From the NCBI GenBank assembly GCA_963727805.1, contig CAVSHF010000003.1, forward strand, positions 224,001-288,000: 64,000 nt of DNA. The letters are read 5' to 3'. Each line of letters begins with the position of its first letter. Position 1 is the first letter of the stretch. A program made the position numbers and the translations under genes. Source of the DNA: an uncultured Nitrospiraceae bacterium (GTDB lineage: Bacteria; Nitrospirota; Thermodesulfovibrionia; Thermodesulfovibrionales; Dissulfurispiraceae). This document shows, piece by piece, positions 43,245 to 53,175 of the stretch. The notes beneath the pieces are model-generated. The model searched no databases, was not told where the DNA came from, and saw only the letters and a program-made list of their open reading frames with translations.

Positions 43245-46067
43245 ATGAATGAACTGAAAAAGAGTTACACTCCTGACGAAATTGAAGACAAGTGGTACAG
43301 TCTTTGGGAAAAGCAAGAATATTTCAGACCTGATCCGGAAGCTGAGGGAGCTGCTTTCAGTATCGTTATACCGCCTCCAAATGTTACCGGGTCGCTGCAT
43401 ATGGGCCATGCGCTGAATGCAACACTGCAGGACATCCTTTCACGGTGGAACCGGATGCGGGGTAATAAGGTTTTGTGGCTTCCCGGCATGGATCATGCGG
43501 GCATAGCGACACAGAATATTGTCGAGAAAGAGCTAGCCAAAGAGGGACTGGACCGTCATAAGCTTGGGAGGGACCAATTTATTGAGAGGGTCTGGAAGTG
43601 GAAGGGCGAGTATGGCGGTAGGATTATCCATCAGCTCAAGAAGCTTGGGGCCTCCTGCGACTGGTCGAAGGAACGCTTCACCCTCGACGAAGGTTTGTCG
43701 AAGGCTGTACGGGAGGTTTTTGTCAGACTCTTTGAAGAGAGTCTTATCTACCGCGATAGCAGGCTTATTAATTGGTGCCCGCGCTGCCATACGGCGCTTT
43801 CCGACTTAGAAGTGGAATATGAGGACATCGAGGGGAAATTATATTATTTAAAATATCCGCTGGCGGATGGCCTGCACTCTCTTACTGTTGCCACGACAAG
43901 GCCCGAAACTATGCTTGGAGATACTGCCGTTGCCGTCCATCCCGAAGATGAAAGATATCGGCGTTTTATCAATAAGGTTGTTGATCTCCCCCTCACCGGC
44001 AGGAAGGTTCCCGTCATCGCCGATACCATGGTCGATCCAACTTTTGGAACAGGTGCAGTGAAAGTAACGCCCGCACATGACTTCAACGATGAAGCTACGG
44101 GCAAACGACACAACCTTTCTTTCATCAGCGTCATAAATGAGGACGGTCGTATGAGCGCGGATGCCGGAGATCGGTATAACGGTCTTGATCGTTACGCTGG
44201 CAGAAAAAAAGTGCTTGAAGACCTTAAGGAACTCGATCTATTGGAAGGGGAAAAGAAGCATCGCCATTCCGTAGGACATTGCTACCGTTGCAAAACAGTA
44301 ATAGAACCGCTGCTTACGATTCAATGGTATGTGCGTGTCGAGTCTCTGGCCGCGGAGGCTGTGAAAGCGGTAGAAAATAAAAACATTAGCATCATACCCG
44401 ATTCGTGGGAGAACAACTACTTCGCTTGGATGAGGGACATAAATGACTGGTGCATATCGCGCCAGATCTGGTGGGGGCACCGAATACCCGTTTGGTACTG
44501 TCCTGATTGCAAGACTGCCGAGGGGATCTCCCAAGGTGACCTGATAGAGCATATCTTCTTCGAGCCGATAACGGTTTCAGACCGAATTGCGATTCAATCA
44601 GGCACGTATTCTGAACTGAGGCGATTAGGACTGTCCAAAGATGAAATAGTTAATAACTCCAAGATAGTCCGGGTCCCCAAAAATGTGAGATCGGTATGCA
44701 GTAGAGAGGATATCGAAACGTGTCCTGAATGCGGCGGCGAGGTTATCCGGGATCCCGATGTGCTCGACACTTGGTTCTCGTCGGCTCTCTGGCCTTTTTC
44801 TACTTTGGGATGGCCTGAGCAAACTGAGGACCTTTCGACTTTTTATCCGACGAGCGTGCTTGTCACTGGGTTCGATATCCTTTTCTTCTGGGTTGCGCGT
44901 ATGGTTATGATGGGGCTCAAATTTATGGGGAAAGTGCCCTTCAGGGATGTTTATATTCACGCCCTTGTCCGTGATGCGAAAGGCCAGAAGATGAGCAAAT
45001 CGAAAGGTAACGTCATCGACCCTCTTATAATGATAGACAAGTACGGGGCCGATGCATTCAGGTTTTCACTTGCCGCATTTGCTGCCCAAGGAAGAGATGT
45101 GCGTTTTTCCGAAGAACGAGTCGAGGGCTATCGCTACTTCATTAATAAACTCTGGAACGCGTCGAAATTTATGCTTGTCTACAAAGCGGCATGGACAAGG
45201 CAGTCGGTGAGCGTCGGGGATACTCGACTCGATCTTGGGAGCAGATGGATACTGAGTAGGCTTGCGGCAGCGACTGAGGAGGTGCACAGGAACCTCGAAA
45301 TCTACCGATTTAACGATGCGGCGAATGCGGTATATCAGTTCCTGTGGCATGAATTCTGCGACTGGTATCTGGAAATGTCGAAGCCCCTTCTTTACAATGA
45401 GGAAAAAACAGAGCGGATCGGGGTCATCAACTGCCTCTACTTTGTCTTCGAGAAGGTTCTTCAGCTTCTCCATCCATTCATGCCGTTTGTGACCGAAGAG
45501 TTGTGGAGCACGGTCCTTGAAAAGGAAGGGAGCATTATGATGTCTCGCTTTGGCGATGCCCCGATGAGGGATATTGATGCTGAGCAAAAAATGGGTTATA
45601 TGATCGATGCGGTAACGGGAATACGGAGTATCAGAGGGGAGTTGAATATCTCACCTTCTGTTGAGGTTAGGGCCGCTATCAGGACAGACTCGCGAGATGT
45701 TGAGACGCTCTTCAGTGAGAATATTGAAATATTTAAGAAGATGGCGAGATGCAAAGAGCTGCAGATTGGTCGCGATATAAAGCGGCCCAAGGGTTCGGCT
45801 ATTGCTGTTATGAATGAAATGGATATCTATATTCCCATGGAAGGACTCCTTGATGTCGGAGCTGAAATAGCACGACTTCAAAAAGAGATCGCCAAAGTGG
45901 AAAGCTCGCTTGTGTTTATCAATAAGAAGCTACAGAACGGTGATTATATGAATAATGCGCCGAAAGAGGTTGTCGAAAAAGAACGGGCGAAGTTCGATGA
46001 TCTCGTACAGAAGGAGCAGAAGATCGAAGAGAACCTGAAACTTCTGCGGTCGATTGACCATGAATAA
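43245..46067 (+). CDS. valS: Valine--tRNA ligase
   Basis: PPPNVTGSLHMGH, DWCISRQIWWGH, DTWFSS, KMSKS, C-terminal coiled coil. Confidence 0.98.
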   Translation: MNELKKSYTPDEIEDKWYSLWEKQEYFRPDPEAEGAAFSIVIPPPNVTGSLHMGHALNATLQDILSRWNRMRGNKVLWLPGMDHAGIATQNIVEKELAKEGLDRHKLGRDQFIERVWKWKGEYGGRIIHQLKKLGASCDWSKERFTLDEGLSKAVREVFVRLFEESLIYRDSRLINWCPRCHTALSDLEVEYEDIEGKLYYLKYPLADGLHSLTVATTRPETMLGDTAVAVHPEDERYRRFINKVVDLPLTGRKVPVIADTMVDPTFGTGAVKVTPAHDFNDEATGKRHNLSFISVINEDGRMSADAGDRYNGLDRYAGRKKVLEDLKELDLLEGEKKHRHSVGHCYRCKTVIEPLLTIQWYVRVESLAAEAVKAVENKNISIIPDSWENNYFAWMRDINDWCISRQIWWGHRIPVWYCPDCKTAEGISQGDLIEHIFFEPITVSDRIAIQSGTYSELRRLGLSKDEIVNNSKIVRVPKNVRSVCSREDIETCPECGGEVIRDPDVLDTWFSSALWPFSTLGWPEQTEDLSTFYPTSVLVTGFDILFFWVARMVMMGLKFMGKVPFRDVYIHALVRDAKGQKMSKSKGNVIDPLIMIDKYGADAFRFSLAAFAAQGRDVRFSEERVEGYRYFINKLWNASKFMLVYKAAWTRQSVSVGDTRLDLGSRWILSRLAAATEEVHRNLEIYRFNDAANAVYQFLWHEFCDWYLEMSKPLLYNEEKTERIGVINCLYFVFEKVLQLLHPFMPFVTEELWSTVLEKEGSIMMSRFGDAPMRDIDAEQKMGYMIDAVTGIRSIRGELNISPSVEVRAAIRTDSRDVETLFSENIEIFKKMARCKELQIGRDIKRPKGSAIAVMNEMDIYIPMEGLLDVGAEIARLQKEIAKVESSLVFINKKLQNGDYMNNAPKEVVEKERAKFDDLVQKEQKIEENLKLLRSIDHE

Positions 46068-46079
46068 AGGGGGTGTGCC

Positions 46080-46562
46080 ATGGAAAAATATGTAGTGGAT
46101 ATGGAAGGTAAAGACTTCGACCTTGTCGAGGCTGAATTCATTAATATACGGCAGAGTACGATCAGGGCCGTGGAGGGTGGGCATATCGAACTGCAGCAGG
46201 TCGGTGCCTTGAGCATTGACGGTGAACGAATAGAGGTTACCCAAGGCGCTTCGCTGTTGATGAGAGGGACGAATCTATCCCTAAACCAGAGTGTTGGGGT
46301 CGTCACAGCCGGCAATGAAACTACCCTGAATTTTTCATGCACCCCCATTTCCGTCTCGGTTGAGGAAGCGACTGCCAACAGGTGCGCGGTGGGTATAATG
46401 GCTGCAAAAAATATGACCTCCAAGAACAGCGCTTCAATTTTAATGATAGGACAAAATATTAGCGGCGATGTGACCACGCTTCTGGACTGGCGTTCAGCCC
46501 TTGCTATCGGAGCAGTCGCCGGAGGAATCTTCGGACTTTTTTCACTCCTCAAGCAGAGATAG
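46080..46562 (+). CDS. Hypothetical protein with ~15-aa periodicity and a C-terminal TM helix
   Basis: RBS present, in line with valS and nadC; repeat pattern visible in the translation. Confidence 0.8.
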   Translation: MEKYVVDMEGKDFDLVEAEFINIRQSTIRAVEGGHIELQQVGALSIDGERIEVTQGASLLMRGTNLSLNQSVGVVTAGNETTLNFSCTPISVSVEEATANRCAVGIMAAKNMTSKNSASILMIGQNISGDVTTLLDWRSALAIGAVAGGIFGLFSLLKQR

Positions 46563-46598
46563 GTGTTCCCTTCTATCACAGGGATGGGATATTAAACA

Positions 46599-47438
46599 AT
46601 GTGGATTAGAGCCAAAGATGTCGTCCGCTCTGCCCTCGAAGAAGACCTTGGGCATGGGGATATCACTTCGTCTCTAATAATTGGTGACGAGAAAGCGAAC
46701 GCACATATTATCGCCAAGGAAGCCTTTATCCTCGCGGGGATGCCGTTCCTCGCCGAGGTTTTTGATAGCATTGCCAGAGAAGTGAAGATAGATCTCCTTT
46801 TTGCCGAAGGCGCACATGTGAAGAAAGGAGATATCCTTGCGCGGCTTTCGGGATTGGCAAAAAGCCTCCTCGCCGGAGAGCGGGTTGCGCTTAACATCCT
46901 CCAGCACCTATCAGGTATCGCCACGACCACGGGCAACTTTGTCGAAAAGGTAAAGGACCTACCGGTACGGATTGTCGATACGAGAAAGACGACGCCGGGC
47001 ATGAGACTGCTGGAAAAATACGCAGTTACAGTCGGAGGCGGAGCGAACCATCGTTTTGGACTCTATGACGGCATTTTGATCAAGGATAATCACATTAAAA
47101 TTGCCGGAGGGGTAAAACAGGCGATAGGACTCACAAAAAAGGCACCTCATCTCCTTAAAATCGAGGTCGAAGTCAAAGATATGGATGAGCTGAAGGCGGC
47201 ACTTGATGCGGGAGCTGATGTCATCATGCTCGATAACATGTCCGTCGTGGACATGCAGACGGCCGTGAAAATCGCTCGTGCTTGCAATAATAATATTCTC
47301 CTTGAAGCCTCGGGGAATGTGAATCTGCAGAATGTTAGAGATATAGCTGAAACGGGAGTCGATATTATTTCCGTTGGCGCGATTACTCATTCCGCCAGGG
47401 CTGTGGACATTAGCATGAAAATAATCGATACTCACTAA
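46599..47438 (+). CDS. nadC: Nicotinate-nucleotide diphosphorylase (carboxylating)
   Basis: ERVALN, DTRKTTPG, NHRFGL.D.ILIKDNH, IMLDN, EASG. Confidence 0.97.
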   Translation: MWIRAKDVVRSALEEDLGHGDITSSLIIGDEKANAHIIAKEAFILAGMPFLAEVFDSIAREVKIDLLFAEGAHVKKGDILARLSGLAKSLLAGERVALNILQHLSGIATTTGNFVEKVKDLPVRIVDTRKTTPGMRLLEKYAVTVGGGANHRFGLYDGILIKDNHIKIAGGVKQAIGLTKKAPHLLKIEVEVKDMDELKAALDAGADVIMLDNMSVVDMQTAVKIARACNNNILLEASGNVNLQNVRDIAETGVDIISVGAITHSARAVDISMKIIDTH

Positions 47439-47450
47439 CATGGAGAGAAA

Positions 47451-48479
47451 ATGACGAGACTGACCTATAAGAAAGCGGGGGTGGATGTCGAGGAAGGTGA
47501 CCGTTTTGTCAAACTCATTTCCCCCATCGTCAAAAAGACCTTCAGGCCTGAAGTAATGACCGATATAGGGTCTTTTGGGGCGCTCTTCGCCCTCAAGAAA
47601 TATCAGAATCCTGTCCTTGTGAGCGGCACGGACGGGGTCGGCACGAAACTGAAGATAGCCTTCATGACCGGCCGGCATGACACGGTTGGTATCGATCTAG
47701 TAGCTATGTGCGTCAACGACATTTTAACGTCGGGAGCCGAACCTCTTTTCTTCCTCGATTATTTTGCCACCGGGAAGCTGCGTTCGGATAAGGCAAAGGC
47801 TGTAGTAAGCGGCATTGCCGCGGGATGCCGGGAAGCGGGCTGTGCTCTCATTGGTGGGGAGACGGCTGAGATGCCAGGTTTCTATAAGCAAGATGAATAT
47901 GACCTCGCCGGTTTTTCTGTCGGGGTTGTCGAAAAGAAAGGGATAATTGACGGATCGGCAATAAAAGAGGGTGATGCACTCATAGGGATCGCATCGAGTG
48001 GTCTTCATAGCAATGGGTATTCACTGGCGAGGAAAGTCTTTTTTGAGAAGGAACGTTTGAAAATCGGCAGTTATGTCCCCGAGTTGCAGTCCACCGTCGG
48101 CGAAGAGCTGCTAAAGCCGACACGCATCTATGTTAAAGTTTTTCAGTCTGTCAAAGAAAAATATCATGTCAAAGGCATGGCCCATATCACCGGAGGGGGG
48201 ATTCCCGGCAACCTTCCGAGGATATTCAACAAGAAACTTACGGCGATCATTCAAGACGGCTCGTGGCCCGTACCGCCTGTTTTCGAACTTATCCGAAAGC
48301 TTGGTCGTGTGCCGGTTGCGGACATGAGAAAGACCTTTAACATGGGAGTCGGATATGTTATAGTAGTTGAGGGCAAGAGCGCCAGCTCTGCTGTTACCTT
48401 GTTGAACAAATACGGTTATCCAGCTTATCTTATCGGTACCATCGAGAAAGGAGGTCGAGAAAGAATACGCTATGTATAA
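47451..48479 (+). CDS. purM: Phosphoribosylformylglycinamidine cyclo-ligase
   Basis: TDGVGTK, DLVAMCVND, GGETAEMPG, SSGLHSNG, HITGGG. Confidence 0.97.
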   Translation: MTRLTYKKAGVDVEEGDRFVKLISPIVKKTFRPEVMTDIGSFGALFALKKYQNPVLVSGTDGVGTKLKIAFMTGRHDTVGIDLVAMCVNDILTSGAEPLFFLDYFATGKLRSDKAKAVVSGIAAGCREAGCALIGGETAEMPGFYKQDEYDLAGFSVGVVEKKGIIDGSAIKEGDALIGIASSGLHSNGYSLARKVFFEKERLKIGSYVPELQSTVGEELLKPTRIYVKVFQSVKEKYHVKGMAHITGGGIPGNLPRIFNKKLTAIIQDGSWPVPPVFELIRKLGRVPVADMRKTFNMGVGYVIVVEGKSASSAVTLLNKYGYPAYLIGTIEKGGRERIRYV

Positions 48480-49341
48480 GTTCAAAAGATTCATAAAGAA
48501 GCTCTTCACTCCCGTTTCGATCATGATGGTCCCTCATGACAGCAAGAAAACGATCAACATCAAGGTCCCCTCCATCGGCATTGGCATCTCGATTATTTTA
48601 TGGTTTATCGGGTCAATGTATATGATTTCAATTGCTATCGATGCATTCGAATACCAGAGAATGAAGAGCACACTAAATTACTATACCGCACAGTTCACCG
48701 AGCTGAAATCGACCATGGTTATGCTGAAGAGCGCTGAGACGCAATTCAAAAGCATTTTATCACGAGGTGGCAAGACTGAGATACTCGAGCATATTGATAC
48801 AAAAACAGCCACGTCGGACACCGGCTCGCTCGACATGGAGGAACTGAAAGAGCAGATTAAAAAGACCGCCGAATCTGTGGCGTCGATACAGGCATATCTG
48901 AAGGAACAAAGGGATATTTATGTCTCGACCCCGACCGGGTGGCCTGTTGCCGGAGCGATTACGTCACCCTTTGGTGAAAGGGATGCACCCTTTGGGGGAG
49001 GCAAGCAGTTTCATACGGGTATTGATATTTCAGTCCCATCGGGCACGCCCGTTAAGGCGACCGCCGACGGAGTCATCAGCTTTGCAGGATGGAATGCGGG
49101 CAGCGGCAATCTCGTGGTCGTTGAACATGGTGCCGGATATTCGACTTTGTATGCCCATAACGGTTCAATTGCCGTGAAGGTCGGGCAGCGGATCAAGAGG
49201 GGAGATATCATCTCCTATTCCGGCTCAACAGGTAATTCAACGGGCCCTCATGTGCATTACGAAGTATGGCAACAAGGCAGGGCCGTGAATCCGAAGGGAT
49301 TCCTGGAGGTCGCACGTGATGTTTCAAAAGAAAAACGATAA
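48472..49341 (+). CDS. Membrane-anchored M23 metallo-endopeptidase
   Basis: TM plus coiled coil, then HTGID, YAH, STGPHVHYEV. Confidence 0.93.
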   Translation: MYKFKRFIKKLFTPVSIMMVPHDSKKTINIKVPSIGIGISIILWFIGSMYMISIAIDAFEYQRMKSTLNYYTAQFTELKSTMVMLKSAETQFKSILSRGGKTEILEHIDTKTATSDTGSLDMEELKEQIKKTAESVASIQAYLKEQRDIYVSTPTGWPVAGAITSPFGERDAPFGGGKQFHTGIDISVPSGTPVKATADGVISFAGWNAGSGNLVVVEHGAGYSTLYAHNGSIAVKVGQRIKRGDIISYSGSTGNSTGPHVHYEVWQQGRAVNPKGFLEVARDVSKEKR

Positions 49342-49690
49342 ACTGGAGTCGTTCATAGGCGTCAATTCCGAATTTAAGGGAGACATCACCGTTCCCGGGA
49401 CGCTGAGGATTGACGGAAAGATAACCGGAAATGTCACCGCCGGATGGATCATTGTGGGTGAGAAGGCCTTTATCAAGGGCGATCTTTTTGCAACCGGGAT
49501 TGTGGTGGGAGGGCGGGTTGAAGGAACGATTAAGGCGGATGATATTGTCGAACTTAAGCCAACTGCTCATCTTTATGGCGATATCATTTCATCGAAGCTT
49601 GCCATTGCCGAAGGAGGCATTTTTATGGGACGCTCAGTCACCCAGGGTAGCGAAGCGAAGCTTATAGATTTTTCGGGAGAAGGGGCATAA
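49319..49690 (+). CDS. Bactofilin (polymer-forming cytoskeletal protein)
   Basis: FIG....FKGDI...GTLRIDGKITGNV..VGG.VEG.I..GDI..L.I.EG.IF.G. Confidence 0.92.
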   Translation: MFQKKNDKLESFIGVNSEFKGDITVPGTLRIDGKITGNVTAGWIIVGEKAFIKGDLFATGIVVGGRVEGTIKADDIVELKPTAHLYGDIISSKLAIAEGGIFMGRSVTQGSEAKLIDFSGEGA

Positions 49691-49706
49691 ATAGGCCTCC
49701 CGATGA

Positions 49707-51635
49707 ATGAAGAAGATATTTCTCGAGAGCCGTTCTCGTGAAGACGCGTTGACACTTGTGGCCAGTCGGCTCGATGCTATCGGAATCGGCCGGCTTTCTG
49801 AAGAGATAATCCCCTCCTCATTTGCACTCGGCAGAATCACAGCAGCACCTGTCTTTGCACGCTATTCCTCGCCTTTTTACCATTCGGCAGCTATGGACGG
49901 TTATGCTGTAAGGTTTGCCGAAACCCTTACCGCCTCGGAAACCTCACCAGCAGTTCTAAAAGTCGGTGTGCAGGCACTTCCTGTCGATACGGGCGATCCC
50001 ATGCCCGAGGGCTTCGATGCGGTCATTATGATAGAGGATGTTAACCGTTCTGAAGACATGCTTGAAATATACGCCTCAGTTACACCCTACCAGAACGTGA
50101 GGCCGATAGGCGAAGATATCGTTGCAACTGAGCTGATCGTCTCTGAAAACCATGTCCTGCGGCCCGTTGACATAGGAGCGCTGCTTGCTAGCGGCCACAT
50201 AGAGATAGCGGTTGTCAAGAAACCGAAGATAGCTGTCATCCCGACGGGCACGGAGCTTGTCGAGCCAGCAATAGTGAAGAATCGACCTCCGGTCCCGCCC
50301 GAGATCATCGAATATAATTCGGCAATGCTTTCAGGACTCGCTTCCGAATTGGGTGGCGATACGGTCCGCTATCCGATCATTAGTGACGATTTCGAGAAGA
50401 TCAAGGAGGCCATTGTAGAGGCATCTAGGACAGCGGACATCGTGCTTGTAAATGCCGGATCGGGTAGGGGCTCCGAGGACTATACCTCAGCAGCCATTGC
50501 TGACGTTGGCGAGCTCCTTATCAACAGTGTCACGATAAAGCCTGGTAAGCCATTTATTGCAGGAATTGTCAATAACACGCCGGTTTTCGGCATCCCCGGC
50601 TATCCGGTATCGGCTTTTGTGACCTTTCGTCTATTTGTGAAACCCCTGATTGAGCGTCTTTGTGCAGTACCGATGAAAAAGGATGAAACTATCCGGGCCA
50701 CGCTTTCGAGACAAATTGCATCATCTTTGGGTGTCGATGAGTTTGTTCGTGTTAAGGTTGGAGTCGTAGGCGACAAATACATTGCGACTCCTGCGGGAAG
50801 AGGAGCTGGGTTGCTTATGTCGGTAGTGCGTGCCGACGGTATGATGACGGTTCCCGCAAGCTCCGAGGGAATTGCCGTAGGCAAGGAAGTCGAGGTCGAA
50901 CTCTTCAGGAGTAAGGATGAGCTAATAAATACGATCGTATGCATCGGAAGTCATGACAACTCCCTCGACGTTCTCGCAAACGCCATAAAAAAGAACTACC
51001 CAGGGTTTGGGCTCTCATCTGCACATGTAGGATCAATGGGTGGCCTTATGGCCCTCAAAAAAGGTGAAGCCCATATGGCGGGCACCCATCTTCTTGACGA
51101 GGAATCAGGTGAATATAATATTCCCAGCATTATAAAACATTTGCCCGACAGAAAGATTGTTCTCATCAATCTTGTCTACCGCCTGCAAGGATTGCTTGTG
51201 AGAAAGGGGAATCCTAAAAAGGTTAAGGGATTTCAGGACCTCATCCGGGATGATATTGTTTTCATCAACAGACAGGGAGGGTCAGGTACGAGACTGCTTC
51301 TCGATAAATATCTCAGGGACCTTTGCATTGACCCCTTGCATATAAAAGGATATGAACGGGATGAATATACTCACATGGCTGTAGCATCGGCAGTCCTTAC
51401 GGGACTTGCCGATACGGGACTTGCCGTCTATTCTTCAGCAAAAGCTTTGAACCTTGATTTCATACCTGTAGCCGAGGAGCGTTACGATATTGCGATCCCC
51501 GCCGAGTTTATGGAGACAGAAAAAATTCGGATACTTCTCAGGATTATTAGGAAGAATAAGGAATTCATAGAGACCGTGTTATCCCTTGGCGGATATGATA
51601 CAAAAGACATGGGCAAAGTTCTGTTCGCCAATTGA
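49707..51635 (+). CDS. moeA: Molybdopterin molybdotransferase MoeA with C-terminal PBP (LysR-type substrate-binding) domain
   Basis: AAMDGYAV, TG.ELV, KPGKP, PGYPVS; then GSHD, GSMGGL, INRQGGSGTR. Confidence 0.92.
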   Translation: MKKIFLESRSREDALTLVASRLDAIGIGRLSEEIIPSSFALGRITAAPVFARYSSPFYHSAAMDGYAVRFAETLTASETSPAVLKVGVQALPVDTGDPMPEGFDAVIMIEDVNRSEDMLEIYASVTPYQNVRPIGEDIVATELIVSENHVLRPVDIGALLASGHIEIAVVKKPKIAVIPTGTELVEPAIVKNRPPVPPEIIEYNSAMLSGLASELGGDTVRYPIISDDFEKIKEAIVEASRTADIVLVNAGSGRGSEDYTSAAIADVGELLINSVTIKPGKPFIAGIVNNTPVFGIPGYPVSAFVTFRLFVKPLIERLCAVPMKKDETIRATLSRQIASSLGVDEFVRVKVGVVGDKYIATPAGRGAGLLMSVVRADGMMTVPASSEGIAVGKEVEVELFRSKDELINTIVCIGSHDNSLDVLANAIKKNYPGFGLSSAHVGSMGGLMALKKGEAHMAGTHLLDEESGEYNIPSIIKHLPDRKIVLINLVYRLQGLLVRKGNPKKVKGFQDLIRDDIVFINRQGGSGTRLLLDKYLRDLCIDPLHIKGYERDEYTHMAVASAVLTGLADTGLAVYSSAKALNLDFIPVAEERYDIAIPAEFMETEKIRILLRIIRKNKEFIETVLSLGGYDTKDMGKVLFAN

Positions 51636-51642
51636 TGAAAAA

Positions 51643-53175
51643 ATGATCGCCTTGGCATTCCCTCTGGAAATCGTTTTAAAGAAACCCTCAGACTTGGATA
51701 AGAAGGCTGACAGGGAAAGATTACTTGACGCCATTTCCCAAACCCTTGTGAGTTCTTTACCTCTCGATATAGACCTGGATGTACTTAGGCGGGTTCCTGC
51801 CCTGATGAGGGAACAGGATTTTTTCCTCCAAGTCGTGATCGCGTTATTAAGGGCGAGGCTCGAAGTAGTCGCTGCAGGGCAGGCCGCATGTTACGGAATT
51901 GCCATCGACCTTGGGACCACGAATCTGGTCGCATCATTCTTCGACATGAAGACATTCAACAAAATTGATTTAAGAGAAACAGTCAACCCCCAGACCTCAA
52001 TCGCCTCGGATGTGCTCTCCAGGATCCATGAATCCATGAAGGGTAGAGGTGAAGAGCTGCATCGACTTATGATAGAGGGAGTTAATGAACTAGTCGGGCA
52101 GTTATGCGTGGCGAATGGTGTCGATAGTCGGGATATTTTTGCCCTCACAGTTGCGGGGAATACCATAATGACCCATTATTTTCTTAACCTGCCAGTAGAG
52201 AATATTCCAATGGCGCCTTACATTCCAGTGGCGCACACGCCGGGGTTCATCCGTCCGTCGCAATTGGGAATTGCCATTAATCCCAAAGCTGTCGCCTATG
52301 TATTTCCCAATGCCGGGAGCTACGTAGGTGGAGATATTTTTTCGGGCATTTTAGCTTCAGGCCTCTATCGGAATAGGGAACCTTCTCTTCTAATCGATGT
52401 GGGTACTAATGTCGAGATTGTTCTGGGCTGTAACGAATGGATCATTGTCGGGGCCGGTGCGGCAGGTCCCGCCTTGGAGGGGGACATTGCGGGCATAGGA
52501 ATGCGGGCTGAAGAAGGGGCTATCTATGAAATCGAGATTGAAACGGCGGCCGATGCACAGGGAAAACCGTGTGAACTGAAATATAAGACTGTTGGTGGCA
52601 GCGGACCCTCGGGCATTTGCGGATCGGGCATGATCGAACTTGTTTCGGAACTTTTCAGAAATGGCATAATCGATCAACGGGGGAAATTCACCACTTTATC
52701 GGGCAGGTCGGGACGTGTTATAGAGTGGGAAGGCAATCGAGGATTTGTTATCCATGACGGGGGTGGAAGAAAGCTCCTGATCAAGGAGACTGAGATCGAT
52801 AATTTCCTAAGGTCGAAGGCGGCACTTTTTACATCGATCCATATACTCATAAAATCGGTAGGACTAAGCTTTAGCGACTTGCAGAAGGTTTATGTCTGTG
52901 GCGCCTTCGGAGCCCATATTAATGTCGATAAGGCTATCAGCATCGGCATGCTTCCGGATATCGACCGAGAGAGATTCATTATTCTCGGCAACTCTTCACT
53001 AGCAGGGACGGAAAAGCTCCTTGGCGACAGAGGCTTGCTCCCCGAAATCGACCGGATATCATCACTTATTACCTACCGGGAAATGAATACGGATGGCGAT
53101 TTCCTCAGAGAGTTTCCGGCTGCGATGTTCCTGCCACATACGGACCCCGAGGTTCTTAAGGCGAAATCTTACTGA
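51643..53175 (+). CDS. ASKHA-domain ATPase (RACo/DUF4445 family)
   Basis: IDLGTT, DVLSRI, GNTIM, YVGGDI, DVGTN.E, AGPALEG, GICGSG, GAFG. Confidence 0.9.
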   Translation: MIALAFPLEIVLKKPSDLDKKADRERLLDAISQTLVSSLPLDIDLDVLRRVPALMREQDFFLQVVIALLRARLEVVAAGQAACYGIAIDLGTTNLVASFFDMKTFNKIDLRETVNPQTSIASDVLSRIHESMKGRGEELHRLMIEGVNELVGQLCVANGVDSRDIFALTVAGNTIMTHYFLNLPVENIPMAPYIPVAHTPGFIRPSQLGIAINPKAVAYVFPNAGSYVGGDIFSGILASGLYRNREPSLLIDVGTNVEIVLGCNEWIIVGAGAAGPALEGDIAGIGMRAEEGAIYEIEIETAADAQGKPCELKYKTVGGSGPSGICGSGMIELVSELFRNGIIDQRGKFTTLSGRSGRVIEWEGNRGFVIHDGGGRKLLIKETEIDNFLRSKAALFTSIHILIKSVGLSFSDLQKVYVCGAFGAHINVDKAISIGMLPDIDRERFIILGNSSLAGTEKLLGDRGLLPEIDRISSLITYREMNTDGDFLREFPAAMFLPHTDPEVLKAKSY

